Source of the DNA: a candidate division WOR-3 bacterium
GTDB lineage: Bacteria; Hydrothermota; 32-111
Length of the DNA stretch: 60,713 bases
NCBI GenBank assembly: GCA_030592285.1
Contig: JAUVJU010000001.1
Span: 1 to 60,713, forward strand
Direction: 5' to 3'
Part shown: positions 36,432 through 45,939 of the stretch, one piece after another
Layout of the letters: every line of letters begins with the position of its first letter
Position numbering within the stretch: the first letter of the stretch is position 1
The notes under the pieces: model-generated
Told to the model about the DNA's origin: nothing
Databases searched by the model: none
Seen by the model: only the letters and a program-made list of their open reading frames with translations
Position numbers and translations under genes: made by a program

Positions 36432-37349
36432 CTATTCAACATTTTTTTCAATATCATCTTCTTCTTTTCCTTTTATTATTAATTTTGCATTATTAATCTC
36501 TTTAAATTGTATTTCATTGATTTTTCCATTATCAAAAGTAATTATCATCTCATTACATGAAAGTTCATTTGTTCTATCATCATTTTCTCCAAAAAATACA
36601 ATATTTTCAAACATATTTGCTGATACCAATGAATCATTACGGATATATGCATATAGGGTATCTCCGTTAATATTGTAATCCGTGCTAACAATTGTATTAT
36701 TAAAAGGTGATATCATATAATCAAGATTGGTATAATTAGCAATTGAATCAGTATAAAGAACAAACTCATCTCCTTCTATAGTAACAGAATCAATGAAAAA
36801 TTCAAATGAATCAGGATTATTTCTTACAAACAATCCGGCATTTATGGTAAAATCACCATTAATACTAATCAAATTTACATTATTTATTGCTTTCAAATAA
36901 TCTTCTCTTCTGTCAATTATTAAAGTATCAGATTTCAATTCCTCTCCTCCATTAAAATTTGCTGTTAGATTATTATAGAAAATATGTAAACTATCCTTAA
37001 CAAATATTTCTGCAATATCAGAATATATAATTGATGCATCAGTTTCTGTTTTTTGATTATTTAAAATAAAATGTTTTTCTTTAATACTATAGTATCCTTT
37101 CTCTGCATTTACTTTAAGAGAATCTCCACTTGTCAGAATAAATTCTACAGGCATTATAACAATTGAATCATTTCTTAGCATATATGCTGAATCAATTATC
37201 AGATGATATGAACCACTTTTCAAACTTACTCCTTCATACATAAATACACTATCACCCTTTATCACTGTCCTATTTGATTCCAATACATAACCATTAATTA
37301 AAACAGGTATTATTAATATGCATAATAAGAAATATTGTATTTTATTCAT
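36432..37349 (-). CDS. OstA/LptA-like periplasmic protein (tentative)
   Basis: Signal peptide, beta-rich repetitive sequence, positioned between the LptC-like gene and lptB. Confidence 0.4.
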   Translation of the reverse strand: MNKIQYFLLCILIIPVLINGYVLESNRTVIKGDSVFMYEGVSLKSGSYHLIIDSAYMLRNDSIVIMPVEFILTSGDSLKVNAEKGYYSIKEKHFILNNQKTETDASIIYSDIAEIFVKDSLHIFYNNLTANFNGGEELKSDTLIIDRREDYLKAINNVNLISINGDFTINAGLFVRNNPDSFEFFIDSVTIEGDEFVLYTDSIANYTNLDYMISPFNNTIVSTDYNINGDTLYAYIRNDSLVSANMFENIVFFGENDDRTNELSCNEMIITFDNGKINEIQFKEINNAKLIIKGKEEDDIEKNVE

Positions 37350-37839
37350 TATACATAATTAGCGGGTTTATAAATTCAATCTTAAGAAAATCCATATCAC
37401 TAATAAATCCTTTTGTTTTCATTATATCATTTAACTTTTTAATTAGCAATGAATCATAACATTGCACAATATTACTATCAGGATATAAATAGAGTCGTGC
37501 AGTATATAGAATCATTGAATCCTCCATATGCACTCTTACATTTCCGGAAAATATCAAAGTATTATTGATTTTGATCAAAGAATCTGATAAAAGCCGTATA
37601 TCTGTACTATCATTCTGCCGTATATAATCTATTCCCATCATAATTAAGGAATCATCAAATACAATTATAGTATCCGCATTTAAGGAATAATCAGGAATGG
37701 AGTCCCTGAATGCATCAATTTCTGCATTAATAATTATATCTCTTTTTTGCTCATTTCCTGCTTTATCGGTAAATCCCGAACATGATATTAGAAATAAACT
37801 AAATAGAAATATCTTTCCATATTTTATTATAAAAGTCAT
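37342..37839 (-). CDS. LptC-like protein (tentative; has a lipobox LISC)
   Basis: 165 aa with an N-terminal anchor. Assigned from its position upstream of the LptA-like gene; no strong motif. Confidence 0.3.
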   Translation of the reverse strand: MTFIIKYGKIFLFSLFLISCSGFTDKAGNEQKRDIIINAEIDAFRDSIPDYSLNADTIIVFDDSLIMMGIDYIRQNDSTDIRLLSDSLIKINNTLIFSGNVRVHMEDSMILYTARLYLYPDSNIVQCYDSLLIKKLNDIMKTKGFISDMDFLKIEFINPLIMYNE

Positions 37840-38599
37840 ATTGGTAAATATCCTTTCTTATAATTTTGTCAATATTACTATAGTAATCTTCAAATCTATA
37901 TTTTGATGAATCAATAAAATAAAGGTGATATTTTGATTTTTTATAAATTGAATAACAAAAAATCGGAATTGCTTTTGATACCCTTAATAATTTATACCAT
38001 CCAGAAGGTACTGCTTTTGAAATATTCAGAAATTTCACTGTTTTGAGTGCAAGATTATCAGATTGTTGATCAATAAAGACAATTAAAACTTCTCCTCTAC
38101 TTAGTATTTCTAAGAATATTTTTACAGGAGAATCTCGATTAATTAATATTGTATTATATTTTTTTCTTAATTTGTCAAGGTACTCATATATCCATTCTTT
38201 CTTGTTTTCATAAATGACATTGATTAGATATCCATATTTTGCCAGCAATTGTCCGGAAACATCCCATCCACCATAGTGAAATGAAAGCAGCATAACGCCT
38301 TTACCCGATTTCACTGCTTCATTAAATAACTCAATATTATGCAGTTCAAATATATTCTCATCAAGTTCATTTGATAATAGGTAAATATTCTCACATAGAA
38401 AATGAGCAAAATTCAAATATAATCTTATTGAAAATTTGATATGATTATGTTTCAGATTTTCTTTCATAATGGATTTGCTCTTTATTCCGAATGCGTAATA
38501 TATAAGTGAAATCATTTTTCCAACAAGAATAAATTTCCTTCTGCTTAATCTGTTTGTTAAAAACAAAACAATTTTATAAATCAATTGTCTTCTAAACAT
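37799..38599 (-). CDS. lipid A biosynthesis (LpxL/HtrB-type) lysophospholipid acyltransferase family protein
   Basis: LLSFHYGGWD matches the H.G.WE/D motif of late acyltransferases. Size and N-terminal TM helix fit. Confidence 0.65.
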   Translation of the reverse strand: MFRRQLIYKIVLFLTNRLSRRKFILVGKMISLIYYAFGIKSKSIMKENLKHNHIKFSIRLYLNFAHFLCENIYLLSNELDENIFELHNIELFNEAVKSGKGVMLLSFHYGGWDVSGQLLAKYGYLINVIYENKKEWIYEYLDKLRKKYNTILINRDSPVKIFLEILSRGEVLIVFIDQQSDNLALKTVKFLNISKAVPSGWYKLLRVSKAIPIFCYSIYKKSKYHLYFIDSSKYRFEDYYSNIDKIIRKDIYQYDFYNKIWKDISI

Positions 38600-39677
38600 T
38601 AAATACCTTTTCTATAAATCCTTTTTTTAAAGGAATGCTATCATAAGGGCAAACCTCAATACAACAGAAACATGCAATGCATTTTCTTTGTCTTACAAAA
38701 GGAAAATCATTCTTAATGATTATTGCATTTTCCGGACATATATTATAACAATTCATACATTTTCTACATGTGCTATTCCTGATTTGCGGATAACTTATTA
38801 CAAGCTTTTTAATAAATTTATTATCCGCTACCCTTTTAATCAGTTCAAATCTGTTTGAACTGGGTAATTCATAAGGAAACTTATTATAATCCTTTTCAAT
38901 TTTATATGAACCCAAGTAATATCCTTTTTCAATAGCAAATTTTAAATATCGGATCTTTTCAATTGAAATGTCAGTAAAATCACAAAGAAAATGATCCAAT
39001 GCAAAACCATTATCCGAGACAGCGATAATCCCAGGTTCTACAATTCTTCCATTTGAAGGACCATTCCCATCCATTCCAATAATTCCATCTACAATGTTGA
39101 ACTGTGGACATACTGCTTTGAATATCTTTACAGTAAATTCTGAAAAGGATTTAGGATCTGAATGTTGTGAATGATAAAGAATTTTGTATTTGGAAGGAAC
39201 AAGACCATATAAATTTTTTACTGATAATGTCATTGTAGTCAGCATATGTGTTTTCAATTTCGCAATATTGAAAATGAATGGCTTTTTCTTTAATAATGAT
39301 GTTAATTTTATACCATTGATTTCCATATGTTTATCCGTATTAAAATTCCTTAATTCAATATTATTTCTATTAGCAATATCATCATAACCCGTTTCTATAA
39401 ATATTTTTTTCATATCAAGATACGATGCTGCTGCTCCATCACCAATAATGATTTTGCCTTTGTAATATGGTTTAAGAGCATCAATAATAATTTCAGCTAT
39501 AAGTGGATGTGATGTTACTGCTTCCTGTTTATCTGATATTGAAAGTAAATTTGGTTTAATAAGAATAATTGAGTGATTTTTTATTTTATTATAAATATTA
39601 TACTGTTTAAATACTTCAAGAATAAAGTTAGAAATTTCTTTCCGATTATAAGTTGTAATCCGTTCAAATAGTATCAT
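38592..39677 (-). CDS. DUF362 domain protein with a C-terminal 2x[4Fe-4S] ferredoxin domain
   Basis: IILIKPNLL (DUF362 signature), plus CRKCMNCYNICP and CIACFCCIEVCP. Confidence 0.78.
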   Translation of the reverse strand: MILFERITTYNRKEISNFILEVFKQYNIYNKIKNHSIILIKPNLLSISDKQEAVTSHPLIAEIIIDALKPYYKGKIIIGDGAAASYLDMKKIFIETGYDDIANRNNIELRNFNTDKHMEINGIKLTSLLKKKPFIFNIAKLKTHMLTTMTLSVKNLYGLVPSKYKILYHSQHSDPKSFSEFTVKIFKAVCPQFNIVDGIIGMDGNGPSNGRIVEPGIIAVSDNGFALDHFLCDFTDISIEKIRYLKFAIEKGYYLGSYKIEKDYNKFPYELPSSNRFELIKRVADNKFIKKLVISYPQIRNSTCRKCMNCYNICPENAIIIKNDFPFVRQRKCIACFCCIEVCPYDSIPLKKGFIEKVFNV

Positions 39678-40147
39678 TACTTAATAAAATAAATTAAAGT
39701 TTCAAATCCGAAAATTTTACTTTTGCAGGGATATTTTTGTGTTTTTATAATTTCTTTCGGTTCATCACAAATTTCTTCAATAACCCTTTCATCATAAATA
39801 ATCACATACTTAGGTTGAATAATTAATAATTCCTCTTTAAGAAATTTTTTGCAATTTTTCTTTCCTTCATCTCTCATTTTTCCATGAATTTGAAGAGAAC
39901 ATCTGTATAAATATGTAATATAGGCACCATATTTGATTTCTTTTTCATATAATGTTAACAAACTGGATGTCTTTGCTATAAGTTCAGAACTAATATGAAC
40001 ATTATGACTTTCAGGTTCATATCCGATAATCATCATTTCCTGCATATGATTACCAGAAAAAACAGGAGAACCAAAATTTCTCATCTCACATCCCATACAA
40101 TCTTCAAGTTTCCTCAAAAAATTAAAATACTTCTTTTCTTTATCCAC
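39677..40147 (-). CDS. uracil-DNA glycosylase superfamily (family 4-like) protein, divergent
   Basis: CMGCEMRNFGSPVFSGN...MMIIGYEPES aligns to C..C.L...VfG.G...+++GEAPG, and YLYRCS...NCKKFLKEELLIIQPKYVI to the N.vkCrP...C..+L...i.l+.P block. Confidence 0.5.
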   Translation of the reverse strand: MDKEKKYFNFLRKLEDCMGCEMRNFGSPVFSGNHMQEMMIIGYEPESHNVHISSELIAKTSSLLTLYEKEIKYGAYITYLYRCSLQIHGKMRDEGKKNCKKFLKEELLIIQPKYVIIYDERVIEEICDEPKEIIKTQKYPCKSKIFGFETLIYFIK

Positions 40148-40679
40148 TTTTTCTCCTTGAAAATTTACATCCGCAATAATTCTGCCTGTATAAATTCAAT
40201 TCATTTGATATAGTGATTGATCTCTTAAATCCATTGTTTTTTCTCAGAATTGTCTCAATATATTCAATATCGTATTTTTGAGATAATTCCTGCCCTAAAA
40301 TATTAATTTTCTCGGCTAATTTGTGAGGGCTAATTGTAAGCGTTGTTGAAAAGCAATCCATATCCAATTTTTTTGCTATTAATGCAGTCTGTTTCAAATT
40401 TAGTTTATGGCAAATTATACATCGCTCTGACCTTTCTTCATAATTCTCATAACCCTCTACCGCCTTATCAAACATTAATGTTTGATATTCACCTTTTATT
40501 AAAGCAAAATTATAATGCTTTGATACAATTAATGCCTGTTCATATCTTTTTTCAAATTCATTTTCTGTATCAATATTTGAATTATAGAAATATCCTGTAA
40601 CAGCATAATTCCTTTTAAAATACTCATAAGCATAAGTTGAATCGGGACCACAACAAATATGCATTAACATCTTTTTCAT
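40140..40679 (-). CDS. queH: epoxyqueuosine reductase QueH (DUF208)
   Basis: Motifs HICCGPDSTY, RCIICHKLNL and NYCGCKFS. Confidence 0.85.
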   Translation of the reverse strand: MKKMLMHICCGPDSTYAYEYFKRNYAVTGYFYNSNIDTENEFEKRYEQALIVSKHYNFALIKGEYQTLMFDKAVEGYENYEERSERCIICHKLNLKQTALIAKKLDMDCFSTTLTISPHKLAEKINILGQELSQKYDIEYIETILRKNNGFKRSITISNELNLYRQNYCGCKFSRRKSG

Positions 40680-40749
40680 AATTATTAATTATAATAGAAA
40701 TATATAGTAATTCAAGCATAATAATATGGAATGTGTGATTACCAAAAAC

Positions 40750-41073
40750 AATGTCCCCTCTATTACACATAAGAATACGAATAGCGGAGGAGGACCCTTC
40801 GATTAACTCAGGGCAGGACAAGAAAGAAGATGAATATATTCTTCAAATTACAATGCGTAATACATTCCTCAATTTATTCGGAATGTACATCATTGATAAC
40901 CGCTTTGTATGCTTACTACTCGCAGCAGTTCATTTATTTGGTTGTGTGAGGTAACATGCCATAGGCATGTCAGGAAGAAATAAAAGTTCTTTGTAACATA
41001 TTCCTCGAATTACTCCTGCTCAATACATTCCTCAAATTATTCGGAATATGCTCCTACAATTGATGGGGACATT
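40750..41073. repeat. mosaic intergenic repeat island 4
   Basis: Collinear with island 1 (33-mer, hairpin modules, 46-mer). Bounded by the 9-bp inverted repeat AATGTCCCC (40750-40758) / GGGGACATT (41065-41073). Confidence 0.8.
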
Positions 41074-41075
41074 TA

Positions 41076-42398
41076 TTACAATATTGAGATCAATGTAAAT
41101 AGAATAAATGCAATACAGGCAATATATAGAAAAATATGTTCAATATTGCGGGAAGGATGTTCATATTCAGCAGAATAACTATAATCATTATTATTAATAA
41201 TATCACTTCTATATGCAAGTAAAGAATTTTCATATATATGCTCATTATAATCACTTATAAGTATATCAAATAGAATAACTGTTTCCGGCAAAAGGAATAA
41301 ATTACTAAGTCCCGTATCTGCAGGTATATTAATGTAAAACCTATTATCATCATTGCTTATTATACATTCCCCAAATGATGACATTATAACTGGGTTACCT
41401 TTATTTATTGTGATTTTCTTAAACTTCAAGTGAGAAAATTCTAAATCTATTGGAATGTTATTATTTACTGATAAAAAACTCCTATCTCCCTTTTTAACAT
41501 ATGTATCACCATACTGTGAGATCACAATACCTTTTTTAATGTCATCCTCATATGATATTGTAATTTCCCCATTTTTTGAATGTTTATAGCCAAGCACCTT
41601 TAGAATTTTTCTAATGAAATTATTATTTGTTTTATCATTTACCATAATTGATTGTAATTGTATTTTTTCAGGTATAATCAAAGTATCATAATGAGCAATG
41701 ATTTTATTGAAAAATCCTTCATAGGATACAGTTATGCTGTTTATACCTTTATTAAGTTCAACATATTTTTTAAAAACCTGAGCATTATGCAGAAACAATT
41801 CAAAATTAATAATTGTATCTATTTTAGAATAAACAGTTATTATATTCTTTATATCAGTAATCATAATCTCGGGAAAATTTGATTTTGTCTTAATCAGAGA
41901 AAAACAATTATTATTATATTCTCTATCTGATATCAAGAATAGCTCTCCACTATATTGATCTCTTGCTTCAAATATCTGTTCAATAATCCTTTGTTTTTTC
42001 AGTAATTCATTCTTTGATGAACAAATCTCTTTAACAAGAAAATTATTATATTTTCCCTGTGACATCAAACTATCTGTAATCCTCTCTATAAGCACATTGT
42101 TAATTTCTATATAGGGGGTTTTATCAATAATAATTATTGCATATTCATTTTGTTTTGACAAAATATTGGGTTTTAGAAAATATATTAGCAATGAAACAAG
42201 AAAAATTATAAAGAAAATGAATTTCAAAATTTCTTTGATCATTCCGGGAATATTCCCTTGTCTTGTTTTACTGCCTTTGAAATAACGAATTGATGGGTAA
42301 TAAACTACTTTACCGGTTAAGAGATTTCTTACTATTAAAAAAATTGCAATACATAATATTGCGATTAGGGGAAAAAGATTTTCAATAGCAATATTCAC
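41076..42398 (-). CDS. membrane protein with a BatA-type N-terminal double-TM anchor (hypothetical)
   Basis: N-terminal IENLFPLIAILCIAIFLIVRN, a second TM helix, and a C-terminal TM helix. Follows the DUF58 gene as in Bat operons. Confidence 0.4.
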   Translation of the reverse strand: MNIAIENLFPLIAILCIAIFLIVRNLLTGKVVYYPSIRYFKGSKTRQGNIPGMIKEILKFIFFIIFLVSLLIYFLKPNILSKQNEYAIIIIDKTPYIEINNVLIERITDSLMSQGKYNNFLVKEICSSKNELLKKQRIIEQIFEARDQYSGELFLISDREYNNNCFSLIKTKSNFPEIMITDIKNIITVYSKIDTIINFELFLHNAQVFKKYVELNKGINSITVSYEGFFNKIIAHYDTLIIPEKIQLQSIMVNDKTNNNFIRKILKVLGYKHSKNGEITISYEDDIKKGIVISQYGDTYVKKGDRSFLSVNNNIPIDLEFSHLKFKKITINKGNPVIMSSFGECIISNDDNRFYINIPADTGLSNLFLLPETVILFDILISDYNEHIYENSLLAYRSDIINNNDYSYSAEYEHPSRNIEHIFLYIACIAFILFTLISIL

Positions 42399-43243
42399 TG
42401 TTTTCTCCTCTTAAAAAACTTTTCAAGAGCTATATTAGGCTGTTCATTCGTGAACAAATGAATATAATCATAGCCACCATCAAGTGCATCCTTTTTTATG
42501 GACTCTGTAAAAGCATTAAAATCACTTAACCTTGAATTTAGATTGTCGCTTGATACTATATTATCTGTCTCAATATCTTTAAGACGAGTATTTTTTAAAA
42601 CATTTTCATCTTTCTCCAAAAAATCATTTACATGGAATAGTATTACATCACATCCTCTTACTTTTAAAGATTTTAGTGTTAGAGAAATATTTTTTCTATC
42701 ATCTGCACAGTCAGAAATTAAAATGATAATTGAATTTTTTTTAATCTTATCTGCTTTATAATGAATTGAATTCTTAATATCTGTTTTTCCTTTGAATTTT
42801 ATTTTATTTAAATCGATGATTAATTTTGTAAGAAGAGTTCTTTTTCTTGTTGGCTTTTTAAAAAAATGCATTTTATTTGAAAAAAAACCATAACCGCAGT
42901 TATCCAATTGATGAAATGCTATATATGCCATTAAAAAAAAGAGCGTTTTAGAATACTCTGGTTTAATGTTATATGACATTGAACCGCTGATATCCAAAAA
43001 AAGATAAATATCAGCATTTATCTCATTTTCTGATTCCTTTATAAAAAATTTTTCTGTTCTTAGAAAAACCTTGAAATCCAAACGGCTAAAATCATCACCC
43101 TGAACATATTCCCTATACTGTGAAAATTCTGCTGATATACCTTTATATGGAACTCGATGAATACCAGCAAGATATCCCCTTAAAAGAAGTTTTGATCTCA
43201 AGTACATATCTGATATTTTTAGTATCTCTTCAATATTATACAT
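42395..43243 (-). CDS. DUF58 domain protein
   Basis: FSQYREYVQGDDFSRLDFKV matches the DUF58 signature (.YR.Y..GD..R.IDW). Confidence 0.8.
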   Translation of the reverse strand: MYNIEEILKISDMYLRSKLLLRGYLAGIHRVPYKGISAEFSQYREYVQGDDFSRLDFKVFLRTEKFFIKESENEINADIYLFLDISGSMSYNIKPEYSKTLFFLMAYIAFHQLDNCGYGFFSNKMHFFKKPTRKRTLLTKLIIDLNKIKFKGKTDIKNSIHYKADKIKKNSIIILISDCADDRKNISLTLKSLKVRGCDVILFHVNDFLEKDENVLKNTRLKDIETDNIVSSDNLNSRLSDFNAFTESIKKDALDGGYDYIHLFTNEQPNIALEKFFKRRKQ

Positions 43244-43320
43244 ACTATCATTATAAATCCAATCATATCTAAATCAATAGGATTGACATTTCACTAAAAT
43301 CATTTTATTATATATCTATT

Positions 43321-44472
43321 ATGGTTGAAGTAAATAAAATTAGATTTGACACATATTCAGAAAAACTTATTTGGCTTATAAAATTGCGTTTCATTCTTAT
43401 TGTAATTGTTAGTTTTTTGGTTATAATAGCTACTTTTAAGCCAGTACTCATAAATTTCCCGCTCCAGAACATACCAATACTTATTGTAATTAATCTTTCT
43501 GCACTTTGTATTAATCTCATTTTTCTCATATTTCATAAATATATCATTCTAAAAAGAAAATTAACTGTAGATGAAAATTACTTTAATTATCTTTCTTTTA
43601 TTCATATAGATTTTGATATTTTATATATTGTTTTTTTAATTGCACTTACCGGCGGCATTAGAAGCCACTTCCACTTTTTACTAATTTATAATATTGTTAC
43701 TACAACTTTTATAGTTTCAGGTATGAAATCATACTTTTATTCTTTTATTGTTTTATTTTTATTATTTGTTTCTTCCATTAAGTATTCAATTATCAACACT
43801 TTTCCATATATATATCTTGAACCCATTAATCCTATGCCCGAAATGGCTTTCATAATTATAATATACATTTTTGCTGTATATATATCAAAATATGTAAGTA
43901 ATAAGATTTATGAAAAACAGGAAGAGCTTAATCTTCTTTATGAGAAGGCATACTATCTATCCATTACAGACAGATTAACAGGTCTTTACGATCAAACATA
44001 TTTCAGAATTGCAGCATCAGATGCCATAGAGATTGCAAAGGAAAATCACAATGAACTTGCCATTATTATGATGGATTTGGATAATTTTAAGGAATTTAAT
44101 GACTCAAATGGTCACCTTCTTGGTTCAAGTGCATTACAGCATATTGCTGAAATTATTCGTTCATCATTTAGAAAAACAGATATTCTTGCTAAATACGGGG
44201 GAGATGAGTTTATAATTTTAATGAGAGATATTGATGAAGAATATATTATTCCTACTTTTCATAGATTGCAAGAAAAGCTTTTAACTCATGATTTTAATCC
44301 AATAAATCCTTCTAATAATAAAATAACAGCATCATTAGGAATTTCATTATTTCCTGGAGATGGTAATAATATTTCTGAACTTATTGGAAAGGCAGATAAA
44401 GCATTGTATTATGTAAAAAATAAGGGTAAGAACAATTTAATGCTTTATAACAAGATCAAAGAAAATCTTTAA
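43321..44472 (+). CDS. membrane-anchored diguanylate cyclase (GGDEF) with an I-site
   Basis: About 5 TM helices, then RLTGLYDQ..., DLDNFKEFND and RKTDILAKYGGDEFIIL (RxxD lies 5 residues before GGDEF). Confidence 0.88.
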   Translation: MVEVNKIRFDTYSEKLIWLIKLRFILIVIVSFLVIIATFKPVLINFPLQNIPILIVINLSALCINLIFLIFHKYIILKRKLTVDENYFNYLSFIHIDFDILYIVFLIALTGGIRSHFHFLLIYNIVTTTFIVSGMKSYFYSFIVLFLLFVSSIKYSIINTFPYIYLEPINPMPEMAFIIIIYIFAVYISKYVSNKIYEKQEELNLLYEKAYYLSITDRLTGLYDQTYFRIAASDAIEIAKENHNELAIIMMDLDNFKEFNDSNGHLLGSSALQHIAEIIRSSFRKTDILAKYGGDEFIILMRDIDEEYIIPTFHRLQEKLLTHDFNPINPSNNKITASLGISLFPGDGNNISELIGKADKALYYVKNKGKNNLMLYNKIKENL

Positions 44473-45939
44473 TATTTCAGGATCATATTCTTTGCCGGTA
44501 TTTTTTTCCATATAATTAATAATGTCAGAATTGTTCATTTTAAACATATTTTTAAAAGCCAAAAAATCCCCTACAATTCTTAGTATTCTTGATGGTAGCA
44601 TTATTTTATTGCCCTTTTTCCCTGATGGAATACCACTTCCATCATAATTTTCGAATAATTCCTCAATAATAATTTTCGCATCTTCCATGAATACTAGTGG
44701 TGTTAGTATTTGAGAACCTTCCAAAATAGCATTTTTGATCTCAATTCCATTTTCCTTATTAAAGTAATTTGCTGCTGTCATTTCTGATTTTGGAATTTTA
44801 ATAAGACCTATAAGATGTAGTAATCCTGCATATTGCAAATTCCTAATCTCCAATTCATTAAGATTCATTGCTTTAGCAACCTTCACACAAATAGAAGCAA
44901 CTGTTTCAGAGTGTTTCTTTATTCCCTTATGAATCTTTTCCTCAAGAAGCAAAAATGCAACTAATGATTCAAGATAACTTCTTCTGCTATCTTCAAGAAA
45001 TCTTGAATTAAGCATAGATATAGTCAGCATATATCTCAAAATCTCATAAAACACTTCCATTCCTTCTTCATACTCGCTTTTATTAATATCCATTATTATA
45101 AGACCCAATATCATTTTCCCGGTTTCCAATGGTAAAATAATTGTTGTTAGGTTTTCGTTCTTGCTTAAATTTGCTTCAACAGATACCCCTTTATTGCCAA
45201 AATATTTCTTAAATACTGAATAATCAATTTGTGTTCCAATTGGAAAACTAGATGTATTATTTTTTTCCATTTTCACATTTAATTTTTTTGTTTTCTTTTC
45301 ATATAACATAAAAACAAATGATACAGGTTTATATATCTCATTGATTTTCTCGGAAATTATCTTTAGATTTGTTTCAAATGATTTTACGCGTCCTGTTTCA
45401 ATAGAAATACTCTTCATTTTATCAAGTGCTGATATCATATTCTTTAAGTAATTATCTAACTGATCCTTTTGCTGTGTGATTAATTTATTTGCATCTGAGA
45501 ATTGATCATTAACAGAGGTTAAATCCTTATTCAATTCCTCCTTTTCCATTAGAAGCTGTCGCTTCTCAAGAGCATTCTTTACAACAAGCATAATAGTTTC
45601 GGATGAAAATGGCTTTGAAATAAAATCATAAGAACCACTTCTAATTGCTGACATTGCAATATTAACATCAATACTTGCCGAAATAGCGATTATTTGAGTA
45701 AATGGATTTTCAGAAGAGAATTTTGAAATAAAATCAGTAACTTTTTGATTTTCAAAAGACAGATCAATGATTATTAATGAATACATATTTTTTGATAATA
45801 ATGTATTGAAGGTTTTGGTATCATTCGCTATATCAACTTCAGCATTATTGGATTTATCAAATTCTACAATTTTCTTAAGAAAAACACTTACAGTTGTTTC
45901 ATTATCGGCTATAAGAATCTTATTCTTCGCCATTTTCAT
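44437..45939 (-). CDS. response regulator: receiver + central domain + degenerate HD-GYP-like domain
   Basis: REC domain (KILIADNE...LIIIDL). C-terminal HSETVA...LLHLIGLIKIP...FENYDGSGIPSG aligns to HS.RV...LHDIGK...HHE..DGSGYP with the metal ligands replaced. Confidence 0.78.
   Translation of the reverse strand: MKMAKNKILIADNETTVSVFLKKIVEFDKSNNAEVDIANDTKTFNTLLSKNMYSLIIIDLSFENQKVTDFISKFSSENPFTQIIAISASIDVNIAMSAIRSGSYDFISKPFSSETIMLVVKNALEKRQLLMEKEELNKDLTSVNDQFSDANKLITQQKDQLDNYLKNMISALDKMKSISIETGRVKSFETNLKIISEKINEIYKPVSFVFMLYEKKTKKLNVKMEKNNTSSFPIGTQIDYSVFKKYFGNKGVSVEANLSKNENLTTIILPLETGKMILGLIIMDINKSEYEEGMEVFYEILRYMLTISMLNSRFLEDSRRSYLESLVAFLLLEEKIHKGIKKHSETVASICVKVAKAMNLNELEIRNLQYAGLLHLIGLIKIPKSEMTAANYFNKENGIEIKNAILEGSQILTPLVFMEDAKIIIEELFENYDGSGIPSGKKGNKIMLPSRILRIVGDFLAFKNMFKMNNSDIINYMEKNTGKEYDPEILKIFFDLVIKH

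Noticed and set aside
40680-40790. A possible preQ1 riboswitch in the leader of queH.
   Set aside because: The minus-strand leader contains AATAGAGGGGACA but no complementary CCCCTCT arm and no A-rich tail in the preQ1-I or preQ1-II arrangement. The G-rich segment is instead one arm of the inverted repeat bounding island 4.
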